From a virus, in the IMG/VR virus record IMGVR_UViG_3300030430_004105, positions 1-64,000 of that record: a stretch of 64,000 nt of DNA; one strand, given 5' to 3'. Positions 33,701 to 40,900 of this stretch are shown here, piece after piece. Numbering within the stretch: position 1 is the stretch's first letter; each line of letters opens with the position of its first letter. Under the pieces are notes generated by a model. The model worked only from the letters and a program-made list of their open reading frames with translations. It did no database searches and was not told the origin of the DNA. A program made the translations under genes and the position numbers.

Positions 33701-34232
33701 CACCCTCGTTTAAATTAAATTTGAGGTTTGATTCTCTTGATTTTACTGTGTCAAGTTTGTTGGCGTCACCAAATTGATTCTCAAGCCCTGATAAATCAGA
33801 TTTGTTAGGGCCGCCAAATGTCTTAATAAAAGTATTTGTTGTTGATTTCCCATATCCATCGATTATTCCACCACTAAGAGAACCCCATGTAGGATACCCT
33901 AAGTTGATGTGTCCGTTAAATCTAGGATATTTGTGATCGAATATGTATTTGTCAATGAATGTAGATTCATTTAGCCACTGTGCTTTTTCTGCCTCTGAGC
34001 CGTCATACGGGTACAGAGTCCTAATTCTGGCAAAAGCATCAGTATAGTATTTTTCTGCCGAGCCGTATATCGCAAACTGGCTTGGATCGCTAAAATCTAC
34101 GTTTGGATAAAACCTTTCTTCATCTATACTAGTTTGTTCGATAAAACTTTCAGACTCAACGTCTGCTGCCATATCTTCTAGACTTGATGATTTTATCACT
34201 TTTGTTGAATTATATAAATCTTTTAATTTCAT
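18717..34232 (-). CDS. Giant (5171 aa) baseplate/tail-fibre protein with LamG/ConA-like domains and internal repeats
   Basis: LamG motifs TVEMWVK..WTHIA..LYING..GSLDEFRYW and FTVCFWLK..GCLAHLSIWD; YKEKGT tail-associated motif; GTDESGAKAGDTITI repeats; downstream of gp6. Confidence 0.78.
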   Translation of the reverse strand: MKLKDLYNSTKVIKSSSLEDMAADVESESFIEQTSIDEERFYPNVDFSDPSQFAIYGSAEKYYTDAFARIRTLYPYDGSEAEKAQWLNESTFIDKYIFDHKYPRFNGHINLGYPTWGSLSGGIIDGYGKSTTNTFIKTFGGPNKSDLSGLENQFGDANKLDTVKSRESNLKFNLNEGVTVEMWVKKPAFDTSKTEKEVLFDLWNGQPSSSAQYGRFRLELTGAAAGSPFLFTALSGTNGIQNQSCGQNVTTSSITDWTHIALSLKNTGSNLSTNLYINGALNHQQTISSAALNNITGSIISFIGALQTAPSGSPTIQTGAGKFSGSLDEFRYWKTERTAKQIGRYYWNTIGGGTNTDEANTKLGVYYKFNEGITQTASFDSNVLDYSGRVSNGAWTGYVSGARSTDSAMVLAKVIDKEFKDPTIRSNHPDYISTLSELEASGSHYDMYNNSSIFHTMPQWILEDDDVKEGNLRNLTQIIASYFDNMHLHIREVNRLKDIYAHFQTKTGDEYGNTSTSGSVKPLPFADRLLTNASFVAPELFSDATVLEKLAKRSEDENYEMKLHDVKNQIYQNVYSGLINTYKEKGTNKGFRNILHAFGIDEEVVKINFYGNNVEFELKDRYSIRSVKEKFIDFNNPDRFNASIYQIPSGSNISFITGSTSNFEKFIPLTFETQIILPNKLPFDEPFGFATPFTKSVIAGMHQATSNTNYAIANPDKCDMQMYVERDETESKRVKFHLSSSALGVHLSSSLYDGMYDNNEWLLAFKIVNDKHPTANLVSSSDDGNYKLHFIGYNTVDSSELNSFVLTSSVASASAHSFLVNSKRIYAGAKRTNFTGSLVDRSDIKLGFTRLWYSELSNETLKRHSSDSRNYGANSPFRSAYLAQTDANSPKVPEIDTLVLNWNFSTLSKTDSSGQAIVLDASSGSAPVKYNANFEAVKNKFYFGKLDFMPVSDEKAIDVDYITAARSTYPEILQGDDMIEIRTQDDIVFTKETLPQEYYIAFEKSMAQTVSQEMINFMSSVTDFNNLIGRPVDKYRMEYKALSKLRQLFFERVSNEPDLDKYIDYYKWLDDALGEMLVALVPASLAHSDGVNNVIENYVFSRDKYTNKFPTIEFKAPTPEGGMNTINRHLYPWKQGHAPVGGTPENKNCFWWLERAERDRPPLSGSASGSNNTRVKVFQARNSVLNRSFTTPQHFAVKRDRVIHGGINYEDNKKRDYIWSATKEAAEYPLLYGQFGAFPLRYVVANSDMFQSLKDCTDERPVTEKIKRAFSAIDGFTAFHHAMSGGHDGLFKGGMVMPFNIMSSSVTTGYSAEVNGIPGGNQNIDIVNVHSDTTDNTNEIPMQSPFTERWVGGHQSRHSNINRGSDSPTNRAEGYKILINNILNESGSIGIVGADYPVPNSSFSTPPHFYVNQAKARYYRDERAKRPVNIKNIKTSERAVGNYQKTYQFVHTFGRSVNKTRFRDIGDSNLHNPINSALPETNLEASLISRGVGGNGNLASNFNTSSLYLGGVKTTTENSVAGTGKSVIVNRFSAPGGFETMSEVFLDMFGKEKSAYNSLPFRNLQVRGSGSGESGTIRLVDIHGNRFGLVVHLTRHAAQFGIDSVLGGTNPAYHKVNRNPKWDASEGEKDFDNYWIQHQIPQSDFQYKWVKASHTASLATSSLAGHILSDFSEPSGTSSIYPHENINYAVVSQSVTNQRMTGTTVYGYPSWEQVRNNDTNKNVVNKKSYGYSLETDGTAETIEESRITENIPIYTTMKFKDEIFRFVHPYVNMKYHFDNTKFDEEGVNPSVNETIYDNVLGYYKNEDHEAFSLKAIRVRQNLFPDFLKHTKYNVRHRHYFVSKFWTDGENVLYNTDTGENSYLGLDEVGRRQQNVTASLFSKEAINSQTKTFIDSGQLTNIIPSQSIWNMDSRINFTSSSPKVAASNSAGAPGVLQNQDHHFHNGLQTVLVTGSTATGSIITTKATVFGKHSSGSFTVHGMTPTGVKATGSFEFTSSATVLGTRHISKFYVSGAHVPAASASLQFNVTGATTVGQFSTASFEMSGASFAGSTTQQIFTFSGGGYTAGSAATANLKVLAIPRYGDRFAFIFSPKSISTITSTPSNYHETGLTFKTQTYHIVTDNNDHTDNYASNIHIPVYNPVSFIKITSNSMLSGGGFSGFTNDQGTTILFTMKNKTGINPSADGTYNILKIYRTGSGTHAIEILYQKSGANNHLICRRYYQNSNSNYIETRFTNFFAFSTNGNNAWHAIKLSISDTNPATEEWSAYSDGTEYTTKTTTYNGVVINTYAPSAPAGNYFVGDNSTNFDLSIGEIGIYDSTSAPSETDYYNSGEWTSLNDLAPSTNLVTYWSPGNYVSDDISSGDITDIGGGTNHLSITPSTATAVELLRSEASYSNKNLKSDQEFGLAWVEKLNASFTANSQPYTAEVFGNSSTVRILADDVGYDLPTAYDITKDVTVGETTTTYEPFSSTTYFGAQHNTISGEIVSNSNVNIKGGTHKIKHSSPLDEGNVYTFAGDGTANVYTPRDFLIAQQRSRSWRWTSTGLAQRMDVHNDSYTISGDFTVCFWLKSDNIASSTNQYILSFAEDSKDTTPSDQTIVVYYQYDDLYIRMYNSSGYYNEWKKEGIMKTTRFQFFSITFDVDSIQNDPELRINSALQSYDTTSKSNTGALREVNSIFVADSPFVNSSNFELQGCLAHLSIWDTLLGFTDIEEIYNKGYARNLQTHPKYFSNCLSWWVFSGGQDNPSTGDMPNFNATPSTVLGAEKTLSGITTPVTGVDSQAYTIKDENLTFVTPSHNSNVNLTFGVVHEGRPVPYTTGLSSLVHYTASTEHYFNHLEYSLESDSEIASANYTTLSNQATYVVTRNVQETDNDAVTLDTGSMFANTFNDFGTSANFTGGNAASGLGVAPYAASIQIRKGNDYTTGAVINDGNYLYININDFGNGTDTAGAGHTLNPVNIEITDYTNTANLYNKIVSAINNSSLVNVVATLQNTNEIRVDSVNAGGGNAYFLYEASTQVTINTATGGGAPSGSTTGHSIDIDGTTVNLASNNSANTSVNVVGVADSDVWSRMETVINSGFVPGWEVLNRSSVGNKATFNIVSKNRGEADNGVVTSSHSSFNVTNSGSNGQDDVGAQENDRIKFPIAGSQFRYLYIAYSDRTSENTTTRKYLDSTVYGTTHTNFWNALKAQLESAPWYYAASYVDNLNGTATFTVTSSESGATGNRTGAAYSSPTFTAGTNFSNGTDESGIRPGDDIIIFNPGTGGTKTFTPTTSDNSGVKFNVLSSSVNSSSAVWENLRSKINSNTTHTANTGSVVGGMMLFSITSSVTGTTNSNPNVTEDGANSGLSYNIIDAGSGGTDESGAKAGDTITIGGTTFTIVHDSSPGVHEINASPGVSANAFSNELTFKILNSSSFGSGGSSTSGMPTGRRFMKLTSSVTGTAQNVAFVRSSNNRTFFNLEGAAGGTTPIGIGDLDFIRFFTDTDGDGTETNLIFKVDLNGDESSTVVDKFIDASGYSGTDEEKSTLFWNDLSQSIKDNTVFDTISISPSNNIATFSITSSATGALFNSDITSVYNGADGVGFTIAANTDGGSDESGAKAGDTITINGVTLTLVTGSSAGAGQVLCGTNVNNLNTISNADYFNNLSASIKASASIASVTIEPVGDAARLHMTSSLLGTAGNIPITETGNTFAATGMSGGYDPVLLRFGEIIPQPRYNYPHVLTSPGSLRSPTAKSSLGLISAEYKLRSNHFNLTRSLGYATDGLYDNTSRWTTPDLSGLTPMDDDYNTWYENIRGHNKHFSLVPEFRISSHVKDIVAGESSEVEYFKKNYWLEITGTSADNGVTVNRNTINISGNEFLKEYSISSDIKNMENFIEENRGDASVAKLTLTCDAIMSFLPYDGFYPQSRTVQMCEAFADSYGRNFLAEEADESNTNLLFPDNNTFAQSRPIFDAIMSPGLLYNTIKSGMAVDYPIITSKLATASLSDPYGGKNYMINNEYFDDRLPFETLINPEAYLASKRIVDANPHISSSVNLRTEWNGIGDKNYKLMSNNFFAEAIGFFLEDGKTSRIISKPDNHPDFGVVIANHAGILPVYRSIFKVYKSKKQHPWVEFKGVTEVVKTDGTVPGTKYIDSNKVDKYYYRPPSGTNYFLREYENLTGTDLEYDLESVGYPRPQMNPYAEVETITMYSQPNAFGPPCAGGVAVEFKGLDTDDITPLTGKHNNTTYMMYDSTNGYNAPFTPPYYDGEAWAIYTFTPERAGKHTLSEILEKTTVDFLRYELNHESGSYGDRGTFGPQGFAINENAMQIDASFNLFKQVSVYPAKYSSQGVISEIDTNQQNAGKAWVIESKFETPILDFSKYLNRPHNAAFESEVSTSDIHTASMSLSGTRSEPDVLSAAHSSLSAVHELSGILNPIGMWHQYGEFPESDERGIFMQMMDVPDDYTILGTELTIANPKYTVVKPDINDCDGAGLNLGYNKNPGKTILPYFKKQEIRRKLVGKEDLSVLGSSIQLINKDDGIIIDAELNSAELTAVYGSIQNAQSSSGLFTIIQSSDKTMLTTNSAFTGGLYTVFINTTASSASYPQKSSGSYQGNWATAYYNYDRAGTYTPILIEAKDYASLSFDYGSFSRGLFEDFLKEFSIGVKYTDQSADLSDRADISCVDVDGKKQIVPVELEDKLVELNPSIKSFAKIDMSDKERRDFFGLKGKKKKNNKKFKGLKSRSVTRRFKLIPDNPAVASSPSAATTSSYDYPEPTFIRGSIRYNAGGGTGLAFENKVQMAPQNDKNFARNASTVRWGKFMHSEGSTISTKSLADLVGFSQEKVKMGVTAQTKIIREAVIAIPYIAIEDNERQFLTLDKFEVDKYLFQNNLVSKDRLARTPASRTGFESSIGQSVKDQIDKMQKYNLPPHLDFIENDIEPLPMYIFEFEKSLDREDLNGIWQGVRTESLKKVEFKQETISHDVNVDELLGGLFDENGDGIESLKDVKWMIFKVKQKGARNYDEKMESDLADGRFGFAQQNSDDTTSSMKLGYNWPYDFFSMVENVKVSVDITMLAEEKDTSNADNSIGYDLGIITTENIGTVGVNTAVVGGRSEDSTSVSLPEYKAEVVIDADNKILEYLPSDDTDSGGGGTPKGGDAENKPLVVSETTRRRVEREGDGSNPLGGSGINRGDGIDGRY

Positions 34233-35668
34233 TTTCCTACTCTAAATTTAAATACTTTGTCGATTGGTTTATACTCTTGTAAAAAATCGTCATAAAATGC
34301 CAACTTTATCCCATATGAATATCCGGGCTCAAGTATAGACATATCAAAATCGAAATAACTTCCTGAACCGTCGAAAGACAATTCGGTGTACTTAGTACTG
34401 CCAGTTGCGTGTTCAATAACTTTGAAATTGTCAATGATTCTAAATATCTCATAAGATCCTGATGTTGGAATGTACAGTTGCGGTTCAGAAACTGCTCTTG
34501 TATAAATAGTTGGGCTCCAACCTTTTAATCTTGTGTAGATTCTAAATCTTGCATTTTCATCATTATCATATTTAGCCTTTAAATTTGTGATAGAAACGAA
34601 ATAATCGTTTGTTTTAGTTGTAGTTCCAGTGTATCTAATTTCTGGATAGATTGTTCCGGTGTGGAACTGTGTTGATCCCGTGAACCATACGTCGTGTAAT
34701 GTTTCAGATGTTCCGGTGATAGCGACAGAAGCGCTATATATGCCGGTAGATATATGTGATCCTGTTACAGTTACAAGTGCCGATCCACTTGGTGCGGAAG
34801 CCGATGACTCATATATTGCCACCTTTAACTTGCCAGTCCCAACAGAAGGAATGTTTTTGAGTCTTCCGCCAATATTGTTGTAGATGTATAGATCATTTAG
34901 ATTATCTACAGCAGGTGCCAAAGACGAACTGTAGTAAAAGTTTGATCGATCATCTTTAATTGATGAATTCCATTGTGCCTCAATCACAGGGCGCTTCATA
35001 TAGAATTCTGATTCTCTTGCCGAAAACTTTTTTGTGTAATATGAATTCGTGTCAGATAACAAACTAGAAGTCAACATCAATACGAAGCCATAATTATTTC
35101 CTGAATTAAGGGTATTGCTCAATACGTCTTCTACATATCTTGTTACATCGATATCTAAATCTTCTGTGCCTTTGACGAACTCTTGCTCAAAAAGATAAGT
35201 ATTATCAAAGTCACCTCCAGCAGAACCCCAACCAACACCGCTTGATGCAGATAGCCAATTAGACTGATCTCTGTCCGAAAATTCATCTAGATCAACTCCA
35301 TACCCTTCATTCCAGTTCTTGGTGAGAGGATGAGCAACAATTTTGTAGTCCCTAGGGACAGTCGATGCATGAACAACGTTAAACATTTTTAATTTAAATT
35401 TTACCGATCCAGATCCGGGAAGAATGTTCGCTTCTCTGTCTTGCTTGATAGTTCTAATAGAAGATTCTAGATCAGTCTCGTTAACTGGGAACTTTATTAA
35501 CACTCTTGCCTGCTCCACAGAAGCAGTGTTAGCCTGTCCATACATTTTAAATATTTCCAATGAATCTGCTTTACCAGCATTGCCTGATGTGGTTCTAGTT
35601 GTCAGCGCTTGATTGAACTGATTAGATATCGTATTATCTGCAATTGCAGTGTATCTTTTGATAGCCAT
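34229..35668 (-). CDS. Baseplate-associated structural protein (DNRLRE-like beta domain)
   Basis: RVLIKF...HPLTKNWNEG...IDVTRYV...NYGFVL...FSARE...RPVIEAQW pattern. Confidence 0.55.
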   Translation of the reverse strand: MAIKRYTAIADNTISNQFNQALTTRTTSGNAGKADSLEIFKMYGQANTASVEQARVLIKFPVNETDLESSIRTIKQDREANILPGSGSVKFKLKMFNVVHASTVPRDYKIVAHPLTKNWNEGYGVDLDEFSDRDQSNWLSASSGVGWGSAGGDFDNTYLFEQEFVKGTEDLDIDVTRYVEDVLSNTLNSGNNYGFVLMLTSSLLSDTNSYYTKKFSARESEFYMKRPVIEAQWNSSIKDDRSNFYYSSSLAPAVDNLNDLYIYNNIGGRLKNIPSVGTGKLKVAIYESSASAPSGSALVTVTGSHISTGIYSASVAITGTSETLHDVWFTGSTQFHTGTIYPEIRYTGTTTKTNDYFVSITNLKAKYDNDENARFRIYTRLKGWSPTIYTRAVSEPQLYIPTSGSYEIFRIIDNFKVIEHATGSTKYTELSFDGSGSYFDFDMSILEPGYSYGIKLAFYDDFLQEYKPIDKVFKFRVGK

Positions 35669-37479
35669 TACTTAACCCCTCCTTTGATATCAATTGTTGG
35701 GAACTTAAATTCAAAAATACAGTTTAGTGGACAAGCAACAAATCTTCCATCAGGAGTTGTTGACTTGTCAATGTCAAATGAAGTTGTAGAATATGCACCT
35801 CCAACCACTGTTGTCAAGTTTACATCTGTGGTGTCAGATACACCTTCAACCCTGTTCAAGGTTGAATATATTTCTGTATAACTAAATGGCTCAGAAATGT
35901 CATAGTGTCTAGAGAGCCTGTCTTGCAGCGTCAACAAGCACTTGTTAAGCACTTTAAATTTATCGAAGCCACCTTTAGTCACAATCGTAAAAGAAAGCGC
36001 TAGATTGATCACCTTGGCGTCCATAATGTCCAATGTATCATTAACCATACGATACTGATTTAGCCAAGTCTTCAAGTTCTCTTTTAATACAACATTCGAA
36101 GGTGTCAACAAGCCATTGGCATCTTCTGAAATGATATACATGTTTAAGTTTCTTTTAAAAGAATCTCTATCTTGCATGATAGCACATCTCTTGACAGAGC
36201 CAAACTTAGGAGGCATAGAGTAAACTAGTGCTTTATAATCCTCTCTGGTTACTGCCCTGTTTTGAGTTGCAAAGAATGCTTTTGTTCTAATTTTCAATTC
36301 TTCAGTGGATGGTAGGCTAACATTCCCTATGATAGGATCATCGTTAGAACATTCTAGCGAAGATCTTACCTGATTTATTGTCGCTTGGTTCAAGATAGTT
36401 GGGTTCTCAAAACTAAAATTAGCCGCTCCTACTGTGTTGACTTTGCCAGTTCCTGCATTAGGGTTGTCGCTTACATTCTTTCTGTAGATCACTCTTAGAG
36501 TCGTATTGACAGGCGCAACGCCAAACTTGTCCGTTCCTAATAGATTTGAAGGATCGAAATCAGTATTTGTAACATAATCTTTGGCATACTGCTCCAAAAC
36601 AACATTTGACGGATCAACGACTTTATCAATTTTCACCTCTTCTTCAGAGCCATAGCCAAACTGCATGAAAGTGTCTTGCCCATCTCTTTCTACTACAAAT
36701 CTCCTAGGAGCAGAAATAGGCTTCAGAATACTTGGTACAGTGTCTGATGTGGCTGAATCTGAATTATCAATTGATCTATAAATAACATCTTGCCCCAGAT
36801 GCTCAACTTCAAAAAAGTCATGTCCTTCTGTGTCAGTACATTCCAGCACTTCTGCAACATTTGATGCATCTAGTTTAATTCTATTGAACCTTTTGAACGC
36901 TCCAACCGTAATCTTTTCTTGAGCCAATTGCCCGGAAACTACTCTAGCAATTGCCTTGATGATATAGTGGGTTGGCAATCCAGTCGTGGCATCGACTCTA
37001 CCTACAACAATTTCGTTTGCACTGTTTCTGAAATCTACATCTTGAGTAGTCAAATACGATTCACCACTGTCTGATATTACTTGCGATCCACGCTTCAATA
37101 TTGGCACATAAGAAGAGTCAACTGCTAATCCAGTAGCATTGGAAGGTACTAAAACATAAAAACTGACAAACCCGTGTGCCGCTGGGCGTCCACGATATTT
37201 ATATCCCATTTGACGTGTCAACTTCACGACGTTTTCATATTCGTTTGCTGTGTCTAAAAACGATTCGTTAACTTGATAGTCTAAGTAAAAAGACATTACG
37301 TCTCCCACGTAAGACACAGTATCAAGCATAAGCGATCCAAAAGAAGCCTCGTTAAAGTCTTTAAAAGTATTAGGATAATACCTTTTTGCATAGTTAACCA
37401 AGTCAGTCTTTATAGAATTGAAATCTCGACTGGAGTATCTGATTGGTATCTTTTTGTTTTTATCATCGTATTTAGCCAT
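35668..37479 (-). CDS. Baseplate wedge subunit (T4 gp6 / baseplate J-like)
   Basis: YSSRDFNSIKTDL, DFNEASFG, SYVGDVMSFYLD, ESFLDTA, QNRAVTREDY. Confidence 0.88.
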   Translation of the reverse strand: MAKYDDKNKKIPIRYSSRDFNSIKTDLVNYAKRYYPNTFKDFNEASFGSLMLDTVSYVGDVMSFYLDYQVNESFLDTANEYENVVKLTRQMGYKYRGRPAAHGFVSFYVLVPSNATGLAVDSSYVPILKRGSQVISDSGESYLTTQDVDFRNSANEIVVGRVDATTGLPTHYIIKAIARVVSGQLAQEKITVGAFKRFNRIKLDASNVAEVLECTDTEGHDFFEVEHLGQDVIYRSIDNSDSATSDTVPSILKPISAPRRFVVERDGQDTFMQFGYGSEEEVKIDKVVDPSNVVLEQYAKDYVTNTDFDPSNLLGTDKFGVAPVNTTLRVIYRKNVSDNPNAGTGKVNTVGAANFSFENPTILNQATINQVRSSLECSNDDPIIGNVSLPSTEELKIRTKAFFATQNRAVTREDYKALVYSMPPKFGSVKRCAIMQDRDSFKRNLNMYIISEDANGLLTPSNVVLKENLKTWLNQYRMVNDTLDIMDAKVINLALSFTIVTKGGFDKFKVLNKCLLTLQDRLSRHYDISEPFSYTEIYSTLNRVEGVSDTTDVNLTTVVGGAYSTTSFDIDKSTTPDGRFVACPLNCIFEFKFPTIDIKGGVK

Positions 37480-37490
37480 TTATAGTCCTC

Positions 37491-37874
37491 TTATAAGTTT
37501 AAATTCAGTTCTTCACTAGCGTTAAGTGGGCGAATATAAAATCTGATTGTGACATTCACCCTGTTTGATTGAATACTCAAGTCAGTATCTTGAGATTCAA
37601 AATTTACTTCCTCAATATCAACAAAGGGTAAGTACTTTTTAACTTGCCTATTGATTTTTGATTTGATTTTTGTATAAGTTGAAATATCATTTTGTTCAAA
37701 CAAAAAATTTCTCATTCCAACTCCAAATTCCGGATCCATTATTCTTTCCCCGGGAGCCGTGAGTAGTATCATTTTTAAATTTTGTGTAGTAACCGATATC
37801 AAATCCTGTAAGTTCTCAAAGGCTCCATCTCTTGGGCTCAGAGTTAGCGGTAGCGCTGGTGAATAATTTGGCAT
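37491..37874 (-). CDS. Baseplate wedge subunit gp25-like (sheath initiator)
   Basis: NLKMILLTAPGERIMDPEFGVGMRNFLFE. Confidence 0.9.
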   Translation of the reverse strand: MPNYSPALPLTLSPRDGAFENLQDLISVTTQNLKMILLTAPGERIMDPEFGVGMRNFLFEQNDISTYTKIKSKINRQVKKYLPFVDIEEVNFESQDTDLSIQSNRVNVTIRFYIRPLNASEELNLNL

Positions 37875-37891
37875 GTTATAATCCTCTCACT

Positions 37892-37899
37892 TAAATAGT
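37892..37899 (-). promoter_or_regulatory. Putative late-promoter motif ACTATTTA
   Basis: Intergenic, 17 nt upstream of the gp25 ATG. Confidence 0.45.
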
Positions 37900-37921
37900 T
37901 TGAGAGACATATTTTTGTTTC

Positions 37922-40900
37922 TTAATAGCCATTGTCTTTTAAGTAAGGAATTACTTTATCTGAAACATAGGTTATCAATTGTGTCCAAATGTCATAAGTA
38001 TACGTCTCTGTTTGATCAAAGATTTCATGACTACTGTATTTCCATTTAGCCAGTTTGTGTCTAGTTTTGGTGGCTGTTTTATCTACAACTTCTAGATAAT
38101 TCCTCTTTTCGCTATCACGCTTGCTTTCATAATTTGAATATATGTCTGTGGCGCTTTTGCCCCCTGATCTTGGGTTGTAAGTGACATCAATGTCTACAGG
38201 CTTTTCTTGTGGAGGTGGATACACGTCTTCGACGGCTGGGTTGGTATTGTAGTATATAAGTGCAATCATATTCAGCCCTTCGCATATCCAAAAATTTGCT
38301 TTTAGAGAGTTCTGTAAAAAAAGTTTAAACTTTGTAAAGTCTTCTTGCACAAATAATTCCTTTTCAATGGCATCGTCTGAAAATTCTTCGTTATCAAGAA
38401 GATTGAACCCGATGAGTAATGCGTATTGTAACAGCAAATCACTGGCACGAGTTATTAATTGCTCCAATCTTTCACTGAGAGATCCAGAAGGGCTGAAAGC
38501 GCTTTCCGTTATTGAGGTTAAGTCACGAGTGGGAAAAACATCATCTCTATTTCTCCCATCTTTGGGCTGGGGATATCCATCTGTATCTTCGGGATACCCT
38601 CCTTCAAAGTAAAGATCTTCTATCGCTTTGTATTCATTTATAAACGTCTCTATTACACTAGTGTAAATATCTAACTCCTCTTGTCTCATTTGTTCCTCAA
38701 CTATTCGATTTACGTTTTCCAACTGTTCTAAAATACTATCAGTATCGCCTGTGGCAACATCTTGTTTGGTATTTCTATTGTTAACCATTTCTTTGATTCT
38801 TTTTCTTTCTTTAGGTTCCAAATATCCAGTAGCCAAATACATTAACCCAATTGGATTGGGTGGTATAGTAAAGTTAGAAATTCCAAACGCAATCAATGAC
38901 GCAATCTGTGGAGGTATATAAATCCCAGCCAAGTCGGCTCCCGTTCTTATTGTAGATCCAATTTGAGTATTTGTGTCAAATTTCTCTGCTATCCCTTTCA
39001 ATATCAGAGGAACAGTTTGTAAAGCCATTTTTCTTGCAATATTTGAAAAATCCGGATTTGTTGCTGATTCTTCTGGATAGTTTGAAATTGACAACTCTAG
39101 TGCTTTGTCGTCATTGTCAAAAGTTTTCTCTGAGTTTTTCAAACTCTGGAATGTCATTCTTATAGCATCCTTTGTCGAGGCAAAAGCAGTTAAAATTTGC
39201 GGTGCTTGCTTAGCAACCTCATTAGAGATTGTTGCTATTATTATATCATTTAGATCAGAGAACATGGTATATTTTGAAATAAATTCGTCCACTATCGTAT
39301 CTTCTGAGTCTGAATCAAATATAGGGATTACGCTTAATGTTTGAGATCTTTTGATTTCGCTCACATTAAAACCTTCGTTCCGATTGAATTCTCCGTATAT
39401 TGGGAAAAGTAATGTTTGTGAAACAGAGCCAGAGGTTTTCGCAACCAGTGGCAGACTGTCGCTGTTTTCGTAATAATTGGGGCTCCCATCTTCCTCTATT
39501 CTTCCATAATAATTTAAGATTTGACGAGATGCGTTTACTTCTGTAATGTCTAATTCGGCAAATTCAAACCTATCGTCTATTTCGACATCGTCAAGCCTAG
39601 TAAGATGAGATAGTCTAAATCTTTGAGGCTGATACTCTAACTCATCTGGGAGGGCAGATAAGTTTGTTCTTCTGGGTAGTTCTTCTCCAGTCTCTTGGTT
39701 CAAAAAGTAAGTGTTGACAACATACTTTTTCCCTTTTAAATACCTGTTCAGTAATTGGGTTGTCAAATCTTCATCTGGGCTAATAAAGTAAACAAAATCA
39801 TTGCCCTCTAGAGCAAATAGGCTAAAAGCAGTCCGCTTGGCATCTTCGAATATTAGCCCCATTTCGCTTACTACCTCAGTATATATTTTTTCCATCATTG
39901 AGGTGTATTGTAAAGGGATCGAATCATATTTGATGATGTCATTTATCTTTGAGATATAATCCGGATAATCTTCGAAGTCGTTTTCGAAAGCGGATTTTAC
40001 TCTCTGAGGAAATTGATTGGGCATATCATCGGGATTATAAAATAAATCAAGAGCAAAGTAGCCTCTCAGCAACAACTCTATAGTATAAATTTTAAAATTG
40101 GCATACACTAAACCTTGTAATATGCTTTTTGTCATTTGGTTTTCTTCACCCTCTTTGAATGTAAAATTACTATTATAGTCTTCTTTGGCAACATTTTTTA
40201 TAGATTCAATATCCAGTAAGTCAACCCTTTCTGAATCAATAACCATGGTATATAATCGCTGTACACTGTTTAGTGTAGAATAATCTCTATAAAGACTGCG
40301 TAGTGTTTTTACAACATGCTCATTGATATTTTTGAAAATTAGTTCTAAATCGTTCCGAATCTCGTATTTGTATGTTTGCCCTCTATACATATCATTTAAA
40401 TTTGATCTTATATTGTCTTTAAAAAGTGTATATGGGTTTTGAGTATTTTTTATTTCCGATACTGAATCTTCTAGACATTCATCTTCAGATATTGTCAATA
40501 CCCTAGACGAACCTGTATACTCCAACTCGACGTCTCCATTATTGCCACGCTTATTGTTTAGATATAAGTAATCACCTGTGTCGGTTGTAATGTTTATTTC
40601 GAATGTTCTTAAAAAGCCTTTTAGATCTGGAGGTTGTAGTTCTATTGTATCTTTCTTTACGTATATATTACCTTTTTCTGCATCATCAGACTTAATATAC
40701 TTATTTTCGCCATAATTGGCAGCACTTACATTTTCGACAACTTCAATGCCACCTTCATATTCTATAAATTCATTTCCCGATTTTTTATATAACTTTGTTT
40801 CTAAGTTTTTGTAATAAGTTTCAAATTCTAGATTATACTTGAAACTTTCACGAACTGGTTCAACCTGAAGTCCATCTTCGGTGCTGAATCCAGTCACAAT

